Below are positions 25,862 through 39,460 of a DNA stretch of 64,000 bases, in pieces (position 1 is the first letter of the stretch; every line of letters starts with the position of its first letter). The position numbers and the translations under genes were made by a program. The notes under the pieces are model-generated. The model searched no databases, was not told where the DNA came from, and saw only the letters and a program-made list of their open reading frames with translations. The DNA is taken from NCBI GenBank assembly GCA_964270895.1, contig OZ185446.1; one strand, written 5' to 3'. This stretch comes from Podarcis filfolensis. Taxonomy: Eukaryota.

Positions 25862-26880
25862 AATACTAGGGTGTTGTAAGCTCCTATGTTCTAGAACTCA
25901 GTCTTGTTTAATGTGCAACGCATAATCTTTTGTTCAAACCCCTCATTCAGAATATCTCCCCAAATTATCAGAATCTGAAGTTATCAAAAGATGATGGAAA
26001 CTGTGGCAAACAGTAGTGTAAAAATAAGAGAGGTGGTCATCACTCAGGAGTGCAGTACTTCAATTTTTTCCCCTCTTAGCAGATTAGCTGAAAAGAGGCC
26101 ATTTGCCCCCTATGATTAAAAGCACCAAATTTAGTGCCTAAACGATTATTGTTATTAAAATTTCAGATGTCTCTCTAGGTGAACTCAATTACAGTGACAC
26201 AATGGAGCAAATAAATGTAAAAGCCATCGGCCTTATTTTATCCTAAAGGTCAAATACATCAGACTGAATAATGGTTAAAATAGACGTGAGAACCACAAAT
26301 GGGGCATTGATCAAAGACATTTTGGATTACAGGCCTCTTTACCTAGATTTTTAAAAGTTGTCATTTGTTTCAGCCTTGCACTGTGACAAGGTTTATATAT
26401 GCAGTAAGTGTTGGGTTTAAATAAGCAGTAAGTGATTTTCGTAATAATTTTTTGACGTCTTCCATTAATAACCCTTTTCAGTATTGCTGTGCTTTGTTTT
26501 GCAGCACAGAGATTCAAGTCTTGTTTCTGTTGTCTCCATAGTAAAGCTTGCTAATACAAAGCAGTTGTATAAAGCTACTCTCCAAAGGTCACTAGTGAGC
26601 AAAAGAAATGCCTGCAGTGAAGCCAAGAGCCAATGCCAGAGTGGATTAACAACAGGTGTCTGCCTTGCCCAATGGGTTCATTGCAGTGGATTAGCCTAAC
26701 AGCTGATATTCAGAGATGTGCATAACTTCCACAGTGCATAGAAGGAAGGATGCTGATCTGATTTGTCCAGGATACCACTGTAGCAAAATGAGTCAGCTTT
26801 GTCTAGCTCTGCTGCATGTCAGTCGTAGAACTGTAGTAACCGTTTATCAGACCGATAGTTTGTGATAATATTGATAGGTA

Positions 26881-27287
26881 CACTAGTTCCAAAATTGTGG
26901 AAACCTTTTGGAGAAAGTGTATTTCTGAGGTTTGATGGCTCATAACACTACTTTTTTTTAGTAATACCATAAAATTATACATCAATAGAAAGATAATCTA
27001 ATGAAGAATGTAATGCAACAAAGTTTGTTCAATTATCTGCATTCCATCAAAAGTTAAAGCCAAATAACCAGAAAAAGGAATGTTTACAGAGCCAATCAGG
27101 TGTCATCTTGTTTTGGTAATGATGGCTCATAGCACCACTTTTTTTTTGTGTAATACCATAAAATTATATATCAATGGAAAGATGGTATTATTTTATGGTA
27201 TTACTCCAAAAAAAGGTGGTGTTATGAGCCATGAAACCTCGAAAATACACTTTCTCCAAAAGGTTTCCACAATTTTGGCCACTACTG
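26881..27287. mobile_element. Tc1-like internally deleted transposon with long TIRs and an internal direct repeat
   Basis: TA TSD; inverted ends ccaaaattgtggaaaccttttggagaaagtgtattt / aaatacactttctccaaaaggtttccacaattttgg; a block of about 60 bp recurs near 26934 and 27120. Confidence 0.85.
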
Positions 27288-29139
27288 TATAATCTAGGAT
27301 TGTTCACCAGTTATTTGCCTAGACACTTCCATGCCGCTTCTCCATTTTTGTGCCACTTTTGCTTAATTCCACTAACACACCTGGAAGTGCTGGTTGACCC
27401 AATTTAGCAGAGCAGCATAATGGATTGAAGCACCGGTGCTGTTAAAAGCTATAATGTTGTGCTGGGGCCTGATTTCCGCACTACTTATTCCACAGTCCTG
27501 TTTCCACTCACCTGGGAGTAAGCTCCATTAAACTTAAGGTTTTATATGCAAGTATGAATACCTTGGATTTCACCCGGTAGCTCAGTGGCAACCAGAGGGT
27601 GCTTCCAAGACTTGTGACACATGGCGTCATTAGGCTGCCACACCTACCAACCTGGCAACTGCATTCCACGCTAGGTGCCCCCTCTGGAATGAATGGATGG
27701 GTGGATGGATGGATTAACTAGTCCTCTGATAACTAGAAAGAGAAACAACAGGATTTGTTGTTATTTTACAGTGGATCTGAGTCGATGAGCTTTTTTCAGC
27801 TTCACAGCTTATGTTCATCTTTTTGTTTAATATCATGCTTTTCAGCTTGTGAAGCTTATCCTATTATTCAGTTAGTAAACTGTTAGGATTAAAACTATGA
27901 ATAAATAGTTTCAATTAAAAACCATGAGTGTAGAAAAATCAAAAGAAGCTTTCATTCTCCCTCTCATGCTCTCTCTCTCTCTCTCTCTGATAAAATCCTT
28001 GATTCGTCCTGTATTTGTCCAAAACTATTCCCATGTTACAATTTTAACAGCAGTGATCACTGAAGTTCTTTTTTAAAAAAGCACTTTGGAAGCTATTTTT
28101 GAACATGCTTCACCTAGATTGCGGTGCAAACTAGGTCAAGACATCAGAAATCCTGACCTTAGTTGTTAAGTTGGGACACAGGTGGGGTTGCTGCTGGCCT
28201 GCTTTCTGCTGTGCCGTACTTTCACCACTATGGGTGGGCAGAAAGTAGTGCTGCCGTTATCAGTTCAGCTGCTGGTTATTTGTTATATTTGTATAGTGTC
28301 CATCTAGTATTCTATAAAAATTACATTTTTGTAATTTATTTGAGCAGGTGGGAAATCCGGGTCACGGGCAATGCTTACATTCAGAAATTGTAGAAATCCT
28401 TAGTCCACAGTGGCTTACCGGTTTGTTCAAAGTCCACACAGTACTCCTTATTTTCTTCAGGGTTTCTTACAGCTCTCTAGATCAGTAGAGAGTACATTCT
28501 CAATACCTAACAATAGGAAATATAAAATAGTTCAGACAGTCTTGCTGTTCAGCAGCATTGAGTTGACACATCCATTTGCTCCACAGGCAGCCTGGTATTT
28601 TCATCAAGGAGGTCTTCATTCTCTAAGCTGTATGCAGTTTAACTGGGGGGATAAAGATCGTGATTCAAATCTTAAAGTGAAAGAATGACATCTTCCCCCT
28701 TTTCTGTGCTTAATTTCATTATCAGGCTGTAATAGCAGTGACCAACATAGAACAGACATGGTGTCTGACATCCAGGATCTCCATGAAATCTCCCTGCTTC
28801 TTCATTTATCTCATGTACAGACAGTAGTTGATTATCATTTGGTTGCCTCCTTATAAACTAGGGAGGGGTTTGGAAATCAGGTGATGAAGAGCGCACAGCT
28901 CAGTTGCAGTGCACATGTTATGCTTACATAACGTCCCAGGTTAAGTTGCTGCCCTCTTCTCCCCCCCCCCATGCAAAAAAGTGAGGGATGACAAAAAGAA
29001 TACCAGTCAGTACACTAAAACTGTTTATTGCGGGGCCAGAGGGATAGTGTGAGATTTACTCAGGTCCCCAATTCACCTTGGGCAACTGAATTGGGACCTG
29101 AGTTCTTCCAAGCAAATTGCACAAAAATTATACAGTACC

Positions 29140-29882
29140 TACTCTTTGTTTGTTTCATTTATATCCCACCTTTTCTCAGTGTTAGGGAATGGTCTGGAGC
29201 TGAAGATGGGGGAATGCTGTCTCAGGCAGATCAGCTTCTCTCAGAAGAAGAGAGGGAATATTCTCCCCCCCCCCCTCCAGGGTTTTCAGAAGCAGAGAGA
29301 AAGGCAGATACAGACACGGAAGCTGAACAGCTTATAGAGGAGCTGCCCAGCTACGAGATAATGACAGGAGAAGCGGAAGGGAGGGGACAGCTAGGAGAGA
29401 CGTCAGTCGAGAGTATGGGGGACCACCCCCTGTCCCCTGACTCAGAGGTCTGAATGTATCAGAGAAAAAGGAGGCAGAGGGAGGGGGGAACTTCCAGTTG
29501 GTGCCTTTCTTGCTGTGGAAATCGTAAGGAGGGGTTAGAGTAGACAACTGGCCTCCTTGCAGAGAGCTGTGTATTTGTGATCACAACATGAAGCTGTAAT
29601 AAAAGGGCTATAAATCTATCAACTGCTCATTAATTCTTATCTGTGAAGTTACCAAAGGGAGGGAAGGTCTCTCTGAACTTGACACTCAAGGAGTTCAAAG
29701 TAGTGTCCACGAGTGTCTCTTCCTCCCCACTTTATCCTAACAACAACCCTGTGGAGTTGGTTAAGCTAAGAGTGAATGATTGGCCAAATCACCCAGTGTG
29801 CTTCATTGCTGAGTGGCGATTCGAACTCTGGTCTTCCAGATTCTTATCTCACACTCTTAGCAGTATACCACGCTGGCTCTCT
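29140..29882 (-). mobile_element. Squam3/MIR-like SINE split by a solo LTR
   Basis: Tail tttatatcccaccttttctca lies left of the LTR; body and tRNA head (...gtataccacgctggctctc) lie right of it. Confidence 0.7.
29180..29684 (+). mobile_element. Solo LTR (Gypsy-like)
   Basis: tgttaggga...aacttgaca termini; 5-bp flanks ctcag/ctcaa; AATAAA near 29599; inserted within a SINE. Confidence 0.75.
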
Positions 29883-30192
29883 CGAACATCACACTGGAGT
29901 AAGTGCTTCTTTATTAGGCAGATGCATTACTGATTGGACTGCTTCCTTTGTTCTGAACTAATAATCACAGAGGCAGCAAAAGCACCTTAGAGGCTTTTCA
30001 TGGGATATACACAACAAAGAAGGCATTTACTGGAAATCTGAACTCTGAATAAGTGCTGCAAGTTGAAATAGACAGCACTGGTCTATCATTGTAAGACAGG
30101 TTATATAGAAGTCAATGACCTGTGTGTTCTAAAGATAGAAGGTGGGCAGTGTGTGTGTGTGTGTAAGTGTGTAAGTGTAAGGTAAGTATATA

Positions 30193-30434
30193 CAGTGGCA
30201 CCTTGGGTTACATATGCTTCAGGTTACATATGCTTCAGGTTACAGACTCCACTAACCCAGAAATATTACCTCGGGTTAAGAACTTTGCTTCAGGATGAGA
30301 ACAGAAATCATGCAGTGGCGGCAAAGCGGCGGCAGGAGGCCCCATTAGCTAAAGTGGTGCTTCAAGTTAAGAACAGTTTCAGGTTAAGAACAGACCTCCA
30401 GAATGAATTAAGTTCTTAACCCGAGGTACCACTG
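30193..30434 (+). mobile_element. MITE family A (with duplicated acatatgcttcaggtt unit)
   Basis: TA TSD, TIRs, and identity to the other copies. Confidence 0.92.
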
Positions 30435-32143
30435 TAAGTGCTCAAAATTTCTCACCGGAGAGGTTGAACTCTATGGAAGGCTGTTTATCTGTAACTCCAG
30501 ACAAATTGAGTTTAGGAATTTGGAAAAGCAAGGAATTTGGGAAATCCATGTGGCCAGAGCTTACAAATGCAAGAAAATAACTCATGCTTGCTTTCCCTCT
30601 CTTTCTGAATGTTACGTGAACTAACTGCTTAGCTCCCCCCGACTCTCACTTATTAACCTTGTGTTACATTAGGAACTGTAATCCTGAAAACATAGACGGA
30701 ACCCATCAGTGTGCATAAACCAGTTTAGATGCATAGATGTTTCTCTGGCTACTTTCCTTCAGGCAACTGTTTTTAGCCATTCAACAACATGAACAGAGAA
30801 TAGTTTGTGCTTCATTATGTAATATTAAAATTTTAAAAGTCTGCTTTCCTAGTTTCAATCACCACACTTGTCCTTATTTTTTATCTTCTGAAATGTGTGT
30901 TTCAGATTAAGAAGCTTGAATGTCTGCTGAGAATCGGATCCAAACATGCCATGAATTAAAATATTAATACTTTGCTTCTTAATGAACAGAGACACTAATA
31001 CCACTCTGTGTATTAGTCTTTCATGCTGCCATGCTGATTATGAATATAAATTGCATTATGGAAGAATGCTTTAAAAAAGAATTAAATCCAAATGTAGCAT
31101 TTGGTGTGCAAAGTACATTTGTTTTGAAGGTTGTGTTCAGTGGATTATTTCTGTCAAGCTTTCTATTTATCACCTCTTTAGCCATAAGATAAAACATCCC
31201 TTTCTGTTGAAATACAATCACAGTAAAATGCCACCTCATCTAAACAGATGACTGTAATCAAAATGCACTGTTTTTAGAAATATTCATATTTCAAACAATT
31301 ATGTTTAGTGAGTTCTTGCCAGTTAAGCTTGTTCAGCTAGGAGCTGCATTTTAATGAGAAAGCGGAATGGGCTTTAGCCGATACGATCCATTGGCAGAAA
31401 CACAATCGAATGAAGGAAAAGTTTAATTGGTTTTATTTAATTCAGTCACATCTAAGGTTCTTAACAAAGACAACAAAAAAACTGTTGTGGAACTATGAAA
31501 ACTGAGTATTTTTCATTGACGCTGTCATTCATTAACTCCAAATGTGTGTATGGTACATTCATAAGGTATTAGAAAGCATTATTATTTTGATTTAAAAGTA
31601 TCAAAATATTTTAATTTCTTTCTCAATTTTGTTATTCTTGGAGTAGTTGGTCTAGATTAGCTGAGAAGCTCTAATGAATAGATAGTCTAGAACCAGAATC
31701 ACAACCCAACCACTTGGTGAGTTAATGCAGGGTTGACTATGGTGTGTCATGAGTAATGGACACTGTAGGTTTAGGACATTACGTGGTAAATGCTCCCCTC
31801 CCAGATAAAGATTTAGCATTATGGCATATTTTCCGTAATGTTGTTGTTGGCGTATGACTTCAAATGAACAATCAGAATCCACTTGTGTACAGCATGATAT
31901 AGGCTAAATGCCTAGCAGCTGTTTCGCAAGTATGAGACTAAAGCAACCAAGCTATAAATCTGAGCAAACTGCATGAAAGGCTATATAATGCAAACTGATT
32001 ACTTTAGGTCTTGAATTAATCTGGCTGTGAATAAAAATAACCAACAACATACCCTCTTCTAATTTTAACAACCGCTGTTGGGAAAAACTTGACAGATGGA
32101 TCATTACATGAGTAACCATTACAAACCAACACTGTGATCCAAC

Positions 32144-32144
<1 letters not shown>

Positions 32145-32180
<36 letters not shown>
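32145..32180. repeat. (CA)n microsatellite
   Basis: Directly visible. Confidence 0.98.
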
Positions 32181-32182
<2 letters not shown>

Positions 32183-34099
32183 CTAGTCCCCATGAAGGTG
32201 GACCTTTAATCTCTATGTCAAAACCAAACAGTTAAGGTAGTAACATTAATTGGATTTAAATACTGTGGACAATACAAGTAGCCTTTTGTGGGCTTCATGG
32301 TTTTAAAAAAGAGCCGTAGACTGTCTTGTATTTTGCATTATGAAAAGCAGAAGGTGTATGCTGATCTACTTTGACCATAGAGGCTCTTCACGTGGCGTAG
32401 CATATTATTTAATATGGAATTTATTCACATAAGTGACACGAATCTCCATACAGCACTGACATGAGGATATTCCACACAACTAGGCTTGCCACCTTTGTTC
32501 TGGCAAAATACAGGGCAGGGCAGGGCAGGGTGAGGCGGTTGGGTGGCAATTTAAATAACATTGCATGGATGTCAGTACGGTACACTTTATTATCCTTCAG
32601 GGGTGTAATGCTGTGTATGGAAGCATAGGAGGGGTTAACAAATGAATCTTTCATTTAATTGGCTCATTTCCATGTAACATAGTATAGAAGACAATGTACC
32701 ACAAAACTAAGATTGTGGAAGAACGTACCATCACAAAACTAATTTTTCAATTGTGTTTTATAGTAGTGCACGTATTTAAGGAGATTCCATGTAGGGGTGG
32801 TTTTTATGTTCATAACCAGATTAGCGTGGAAAGCACTTTTAGGTGTTTGAATCCTATGGCACTCCAGTAACATATGCAGGAAGAATTTGGATTGAGTGAA
32901 TGATGTACCTCCTTTCCATGTCAGCACTGTCAGTAGCTGCATGGGGAAGACATTACATCGTTCAGAAGCCCCATGTTGTTTCTCCTTTTAGACATTACCC
33001 ATTTTGGGACCCAGAGCGGTTCCCATGAAACTCTGCTAACATAAATTCAGCTTTATTGTTACTACTGTATACATGATTGCTATCATCCTGGTATTTTATG
33101 CAATCTGCCATCTATTCTTACCATTATTTCTTGGACATGGACATCCGCCTAGCTTGACAAAATTTGGCACCCTTATTTGCATTCAGTTAAGTGCTGCTAC
33201 TTATAGTGATTTAATGGGCTCAACTCTTTTGTCCACTCCTAGCTCCCTTGATTACCTTAATAGCAGGTAATTCTAATATCTCCTGCGGCAGTGTTCCTTA
33301 GCAACAAAGGAATTAGAAGAATAACAAGTGGAAGCCTGAAAAAAGAAATCGGCAGAAAGGCTTATTCTAATTGGTGTAATCTAAATTCAGCCCTTCTTAC
33401 CTCTGTGCAGCCAACTGCAAAAGCACACATGAAGAAGTGTTCTTCTAAATGGAACAATATTCATTTTTATCTCAAAAATGCTAAGCACCTGGAAGTCATG
33501 TGACTCACCAAAGGAAATAAAAAGCTTTTTTGGGAAAAACCGGAGCCATCCTAACCCTCACCAGAGGGGATTAGGATTATGCAGAAGAGCTCCTCTGTTG
33601 GGGGAGATGTTCTCCACTGGTTGCAGCAGGCTGCCTACCCTGCCTGCCCTGGAGGCCTCTGATAGGTCTATAGAAGGAGCCTGCTGATGGTCTCTACTGG
33701 CAACAGGGGCTAAATTGGGGTGTTCTGGGATGCTGGCGGCGGCCTTGGATCTGCAGATCCAAAGCTCCCTGGACCTGATGTGGGTATTTTCCATTCAATT
33801 GTAAATTGGGATTTCAAATCTTATAGGCAACCTTCATGAGTAGACAAGGCTCCCTGCTTCAGACTTCACCATTTGACTTGTGGAGGGTGACTGGCACAGA
33901 ATTGCAAGGGTGTGGAGCTCACTGTGCTTTGTCCTATTCACCCTGCTCACGTGTAGCTTTTACATGCAAGCAGCATGCCTGAATAGGGCTCATAATAACA
34001 ACATATTGACAGTGTTTGACACCATTATGGCATTAAAGTAAATGTAACCTTAAGGAAAACAGGAAAAGGACAGGAAAGAGCAGGAAAGGGTGAATTATT

Positions 34100-35940
34100 G
34101 CAACTACCTTAAAGGTAAGATTCATATTCTTATTTCAGACCAAAATGGGGCAAGAATCCGCTCCTAACTTTATTTGAGAGCTGCATATCACCAGCTTGAG
34201 TTTCACCCTGGCTCTAGATATATCACCATATTTATCACTCACTTTCATATTGGGTGATACAAAGACTAAGCTTTGGTGTCTCGTCTTCTGCTGAAATTTT
34301 TGAGAATGTAATCCAAGAAACTCTAGCCGGGCTCCCTGGTGCCTTGAACCTCAATGATGACATTCTTTTGTTTGGAGCAAATCAGAAGCCACATGATGAC
34401 ACCCTTGAAGCAGTTTTGGATTATTTGCAATACAATCTCACACTGAATCCTGGGAAGTGTGAATACAATGTGAGTTGTTTGGTTTCTTCCCCTTTCATGT
34501 TTTCTTTCTCCTGAGCCAAAGAATGTGGCAGCCGTGCAAGAAGCTGCAGAGCCACAGACTTCATTTTAGCTATCCCAAATCTAGCCATCATAACTCAGCC
34601 CCTAAGAGAGCTCACCAGCAAAAACAAAGCTGGGAATCGACTGATAAATATCAAGCAGCTTTATCTCAGCTTAAAGTGTCCCTTTCTAGCTATACAGCAA
34701 TGGCATATTTTGAGCCCCCAAAACACACAACTCATAAAAAATGAGCCCTTGTTAGGCTTGAGGGTCTTTCTACATAAACAGACTCCAGTAGCTGTATATT
34801 TATCACAGTGTATGCAAGTAAAGCACCCTCAGCTGTTGAATATCGCTTTTCACAAACAGAATGAAAAGCGTTGGCTGTAGTGTGGAATGGCTTACACTTC
34901 CACTTGTGCTGATTTGGACACCATTTCATAATAATCACAGATCATATGCCACCACAACCCATGTTCATCAGTGATTCGTTCCAACTACCGACCCACATTG
35001 AACGTTGGATAGCACAACTTCAAGCTTTTAATCATACTCCAATATATTGTCCTGGCAAGTCAAATGCTGCTGATTATTTTTTCATGACATCTGTGCCTCA
35101 GACTTCAACCATTCACAATTCCGAGGAACTGACCAACACACATGTACTCTTCGTTTCATCCCAGGCTGCTCCAAAAGCTGTGACTCAACAACAAATTAAA
35201 AATGCTGTGGATAAGGATCTCTGCCTGCAACATACAATTCTGACTCTTCAGAAGTGGCAATAACCTGTTTTCCTTCACATGCTTTCCACGTTTTGTCCTG
35301 GGGGCCAGAACTTCCTTAAACTTTTCTTCATTATCTATTAGGATCTGACTGTTACCAACACAAATCTATTACTGTATCACCATATCTCTAGCTCATGAAG
35401 ACCAAGAGGGTAATAAGCGCTAAGCAGCTTCTTCAATAAAGTGTCTGATTCCCAACCATAGACTCAGAAATTTAACGCTGTGTCCAGTCCTGTCTTCTTT
35501 GTTAGTCAGCAGTGTTAGATGACAAAGTCTCGCCATTACACATGACTACATTGGCCCAGTGAAAGTAAGAAAACCCTTCTGGGATTTATCATTTGCAGCG
35601 CAAGTCATGTAACTTGTTTGTCCATTTCCAGTCACCAACATTTTTGTCTTAGTTGATTGCCATTGGAATATTTAACAGGTGCCCAGCATATCAGTGCTGA
35701 TTAATTGGCATGCCTCCAGTTCCCATGCCCAATGGTCAATATTGGCCAAAGAAAAAAATAAGAGAGGAGTTTGATCTGTATTTCTGACTTGGGTCTCTTG
35801 GATGAGGCTAGGGAAAGAACTGCAGAGGCAGATTCATGGTCAAATAGTCATATTCCTAATACAGGTATCATGAGGAGTTACCGAGATAGAAGGTCACCAA
35901 AAAGATTTCAGGACTTTGCTATATGGGTTTGAGCAGCCGA
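34100..35940 (+). pseudogene. Decayed Ty3/Gypsy pol (RT, RNase H, integrase)
   Basis: Translated by eye: LRAAYHQLE; QRLSFGVSSSAEIFENVIQETLAGLPGALNLNDDILLFG (RT, xxDD); VYASKAPSAVEYRFSQTE*KALAVVW...TDH (RNase H); IERWIAQLQAF...PGKSNAADY; AHED... (degenerate integrase zinc-finger start); terminal RDRRSPKRFQDF. Multiple stops, frameshifts and deletions. Confidence 0.88.
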
Positions 35941-36331
35941 CTACTGACAAAAGGTTAGTTAATATGAATTGGAAGGTAAAGTTTGAGCTTTGAGAAGTTT
36001 GTTCTTAGCAGCACCCAGAAGATTCTGCCTGTTGCAAAACTGGACTCAGCAGATCAGAAAGTCACTGGAAACCAAAAGGGGTTCTACATCATTGTAGGCC
36101 ATGCAGTGCAATGGGGTTGTGTGTGTATGTGTGTGTGCTCTCTCTCTTGGCAATGACTGATTTACACATGTCCAATTGACATGTGACTGCACACATGCAT
36201 GCATTGTGGCAACCCAGAAGTGGCTGGGAAAGGGGGCGGGGCAGGGGCATAATGGGGATATTGCACTCTGCCATCACACTCAGTGACCCGGAACAATACC
36301 CCCAAGCAAATTGGGGATTGCCTGTATAATA

Positions 36332-36856
36332 CCATATTTTTCGCTCTATAAGACGCACTTTTCCCCTCCTAAAAAGTAAGGGGAAATGTGTGTGCGTCTT
36401 ATGGAGCAAATGCAGGCGGGAGGCTCTGCTCAGCGCTCCCTTTAAAGAGCCCCGTGGAGCGTGTGTGCAGCTCTTTGGGGCTTTTCCCTAAGGAGGGAGA
36501 AAGGCTGTGCGGCTCTTGGGGGAGCCTTCCTCCCGCTGCCTGGAAGAGGCTTCACACGGCTATCCCATAAGCCAGTACAGCAAGAGGGTTTGCTGCGCAG
36601 CGATTCTTCTTGCTGTCCTGGCTTCTGGCTTAGCTGTGCGCAGCCTCTTCCGGGCAGGGGGAGCCTTTATCCTGCTGCCCTGAAGAGGCTTCGCGCAGCT
36701 ATCCCAGAAGCCAGAACAGCAAGAGGCTATCCCAGAACCCAGATCCTTCTTGCTGTTCTGGCTTCTGGGATTCAGAATTTTTTTTTTCTTGTTTTCCTCC
36801 TCCAAAAACTAGGTGCGTCTTATGGTCTGGTGCATCTTATAGAGCGAAAAATACGG
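36332..36856 (-). mobile_element. MITE family B, long form with two hairpin cassettes
   Basis: TA TSD; same ends as 10455 and 53329; internal gaagccagaacagcaagagg units repeated in both orientations. Confidence 0.88.
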
Positions 36857-38249
36857 TAGATTTTGGCTCCATAACACCGGCTTGTGTGGATATTTTCTGT
36901 TAAGGAAAAAAAAGCAGGTACTCTAAACAGTATAGCTTTGGTTATAATGACTATATTATATACTTGACTGAAATGCTGTACAGAATCTCATGATCTTTTT
37001 CCAAGGTGCAATTAAGTGAGTTTTCTGTCACTTTTATTGAAGCAGTTCACCACTTTGAGTGCCAATTTGGCAGAAGATCTACTTATCGATGCCTAAAATA
37101 AATAAATAACATAGTTTCCCACAGAAACCAAATCCCTGCTGTTCAGCAACCATTACTTTGGCATACAAGGTTGGAACAGTATAGTGTTTCTGGATGTTGG
37201 CCGCTCACATAAACTTAGTGTAAGCAGTTGTGTACTTAAAATGCACTAGGAACAGAATACATTTAAATACATGCATTTGATGTAGTTAAGTTCCGTGTTG
37301 TGATCAAGTCTTCTGTATCCTGATTGAGGGATTCTGGGAAGTGGTTAATATGTGCAATCAGTGTTACAAAGAACTAACAGAGGGCTACTCCTATGGTACT
37401 TCTGGCTGGACACAGCCTCAACCTGGCCCTTCAAAGGTTGTTACAGGATTTCCCCTTGTTAGTTCCCCCTGCAAAAGGATCCCAAAGTGAGTCCAAAGTA
37501 ATTTGCTCTCTTATGGTTCTCTGGTAGATCACAATAAGAGAGCTGTAGAACTGCTGTGGTCTTTGTTGCACTTGGGTGCGACCAATATAACTGACTGAAG
37601 GAGCTTAATAATTTGGTGTCTTATTAGGTGACACAATGAAACAAGGTTTTTTTTAACTTCACCTGAAAATCCTCAGGTTCTGGCCTGGCTCCTGAGATTG
37701 ATAAAAGTATTTTTTTTAATAAAAAAAAATTATAGACCACTTCCCATCAAAGCATTTCAAAACTATATGCAGAATAAAATTGCAACACTAAAATATTGAA
37801 AAGATATAAAATCAAATGAGTTTTAAAATATACATAAATCTGAATAAAACCAACAATAAGCAATCAATAAGCAATCTCAGGGGTATACGCTGTATCTAAA
37901 ATAGGCCAGTAAACTAGGTGGACAAAGCCTGAGTTGGGAATTGGCCTATTTTGGGTGCCTCCTGTGTAGGGATCAGTCCAAGCTGCTACTGGATTCCTCA
38001 CAGCACTTTGCCTGCCTGTCCATCCAGCTTATACTTCTACTTTGCCTCCCACTTTCTGCCAACTCTAATCACCAGCCATCTTCTACCTTCCTCACCTGCC
38101 GGAGATCATATCAGAAGACTAAATTTGAGCCAGAGCTTACCAAGACTTCGCTCTGAAGCTTCTCTTCAATTCCATGGCTTTGGGGCACTTGCAGTCCCTT
38201 TCCTTTCTGCTATGTAACCACAACTAAGCACTGCACACTCAAGATTAAC

Positions 38250-38281
38250 TTAACTGTCCAGGGGTCCCTTTACCTTTACTT
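38250..38281 (+). mobile_element. Sauria SINE tail fragment
   Basis: gtccaggggtccctttacctttac. Confidence 0.55.
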
Positions 38282-39324
38282 AGGATGAAATATAAGGACT
38301 TATTAGCCTGTCTAGGTATGTCTTCTGAAAAAAGGCTGAACTCTTGCTCTTACTTTTGAAGAAGTCAAACCTTGAGGGCTGCGATTATTCCAGGATGGGA
38401 TATAACAAGCCCCAGGGTGAAGCAGACCTGTAATCTTGACATGACAGGAAGATAATATTTCTTACAGAATAAAAAAAAAATGGCACCCCCACCCCACCAC
38501 CCAAAAATGAAACTCACCTTCTCAGTTCATAAAGATATAAGGCAACTGTGGAATTCCAAATAAGCAGGGAGAGAAGTCTGTCACATACATTTGTAGATTT
38601 GCTGAGAATGGGTCTGATCTCGGGTGAAGTCTGGGGTTAGAAAATTTATAGTTTTGTTTCTGTCACATCCTATCTGTATCTTAGCCTCTGTACTTGAAGC
38701 AAATACAGTTTTATGTCCTTAAAGCATGTATGGCCTTGTGTGTCAAAGACACCCAGAACCAGTTTATGAGAATATTAGAGTGGTGTTCTGCCTGGAGGAA
38801 GAGCCATTTTTCTTGGACTAACTCTGCAGTGTAGACAGCTAATTTAGTAGCACTTGCAAATGTGCAGGTGTCATGTCCTTTTACTGCTCTGGAGATAGTT
38901 CAGCTTTATACAGGAGTCTGATGAAGCTAGAGAAAAACCCAATATTCTTGTTACAAGCAGTGGAGCACAATCATAACAATGGTATGAAGTCACAATTTTG
39001 TCCATGCACTTCTAGATAGCTCTGGTTCTAGATAGCTCTGGTCTTAGATATATTTATAAACTTATAGCAGTTTCCTCGTTCTGCAGAAGGAGGAATCTTG
39101 TGCTGAGGTGTGTGGGACATCTTCAAGAGGGAAAGGAAGAGGAATAATCTTGTATTGGTTCTGATAACTCTTCATTACTTTCACATGCTGTTTTTCTGCC
39201 CCTGCCTGGGCTGGATTCAGATCCTGCACTTAAAAAGAAGACAGAGGGTGTAGGATTTAAGCACTGCGTGAAGATTTGTGACAAGTGACACTAGTCACTT
39301 AGCTGACACTAGTCTCTCTTTACC

Positions 39325-39460
39325 GCCCTGTATAGGGAAGCTTTTTAAGGTTTAATGTTTTGCTATGTTTTTATATATGCTGGAAGGCACCCAGAGTGGC
39401 TGGGGCAGCCCAGTCAGGTGGACGGGGTACAATTAATAAATTATCATCATTATTATCATT
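39325..39460 (+). mobile_element. L2-type LINE 3' end
   Basis: Homologous to 13805-13950. Confidence 0.75.

Noticed and set aside
32915-32945. cagcactgtcag as a miR-200/141-like sequence
   Set aside because: Only a short partial match, with no hairpin.
34100-35940. Domesticated retrotransposon gene
   Set aside because: Multiple stops, frameshifts and deletions in all domains.
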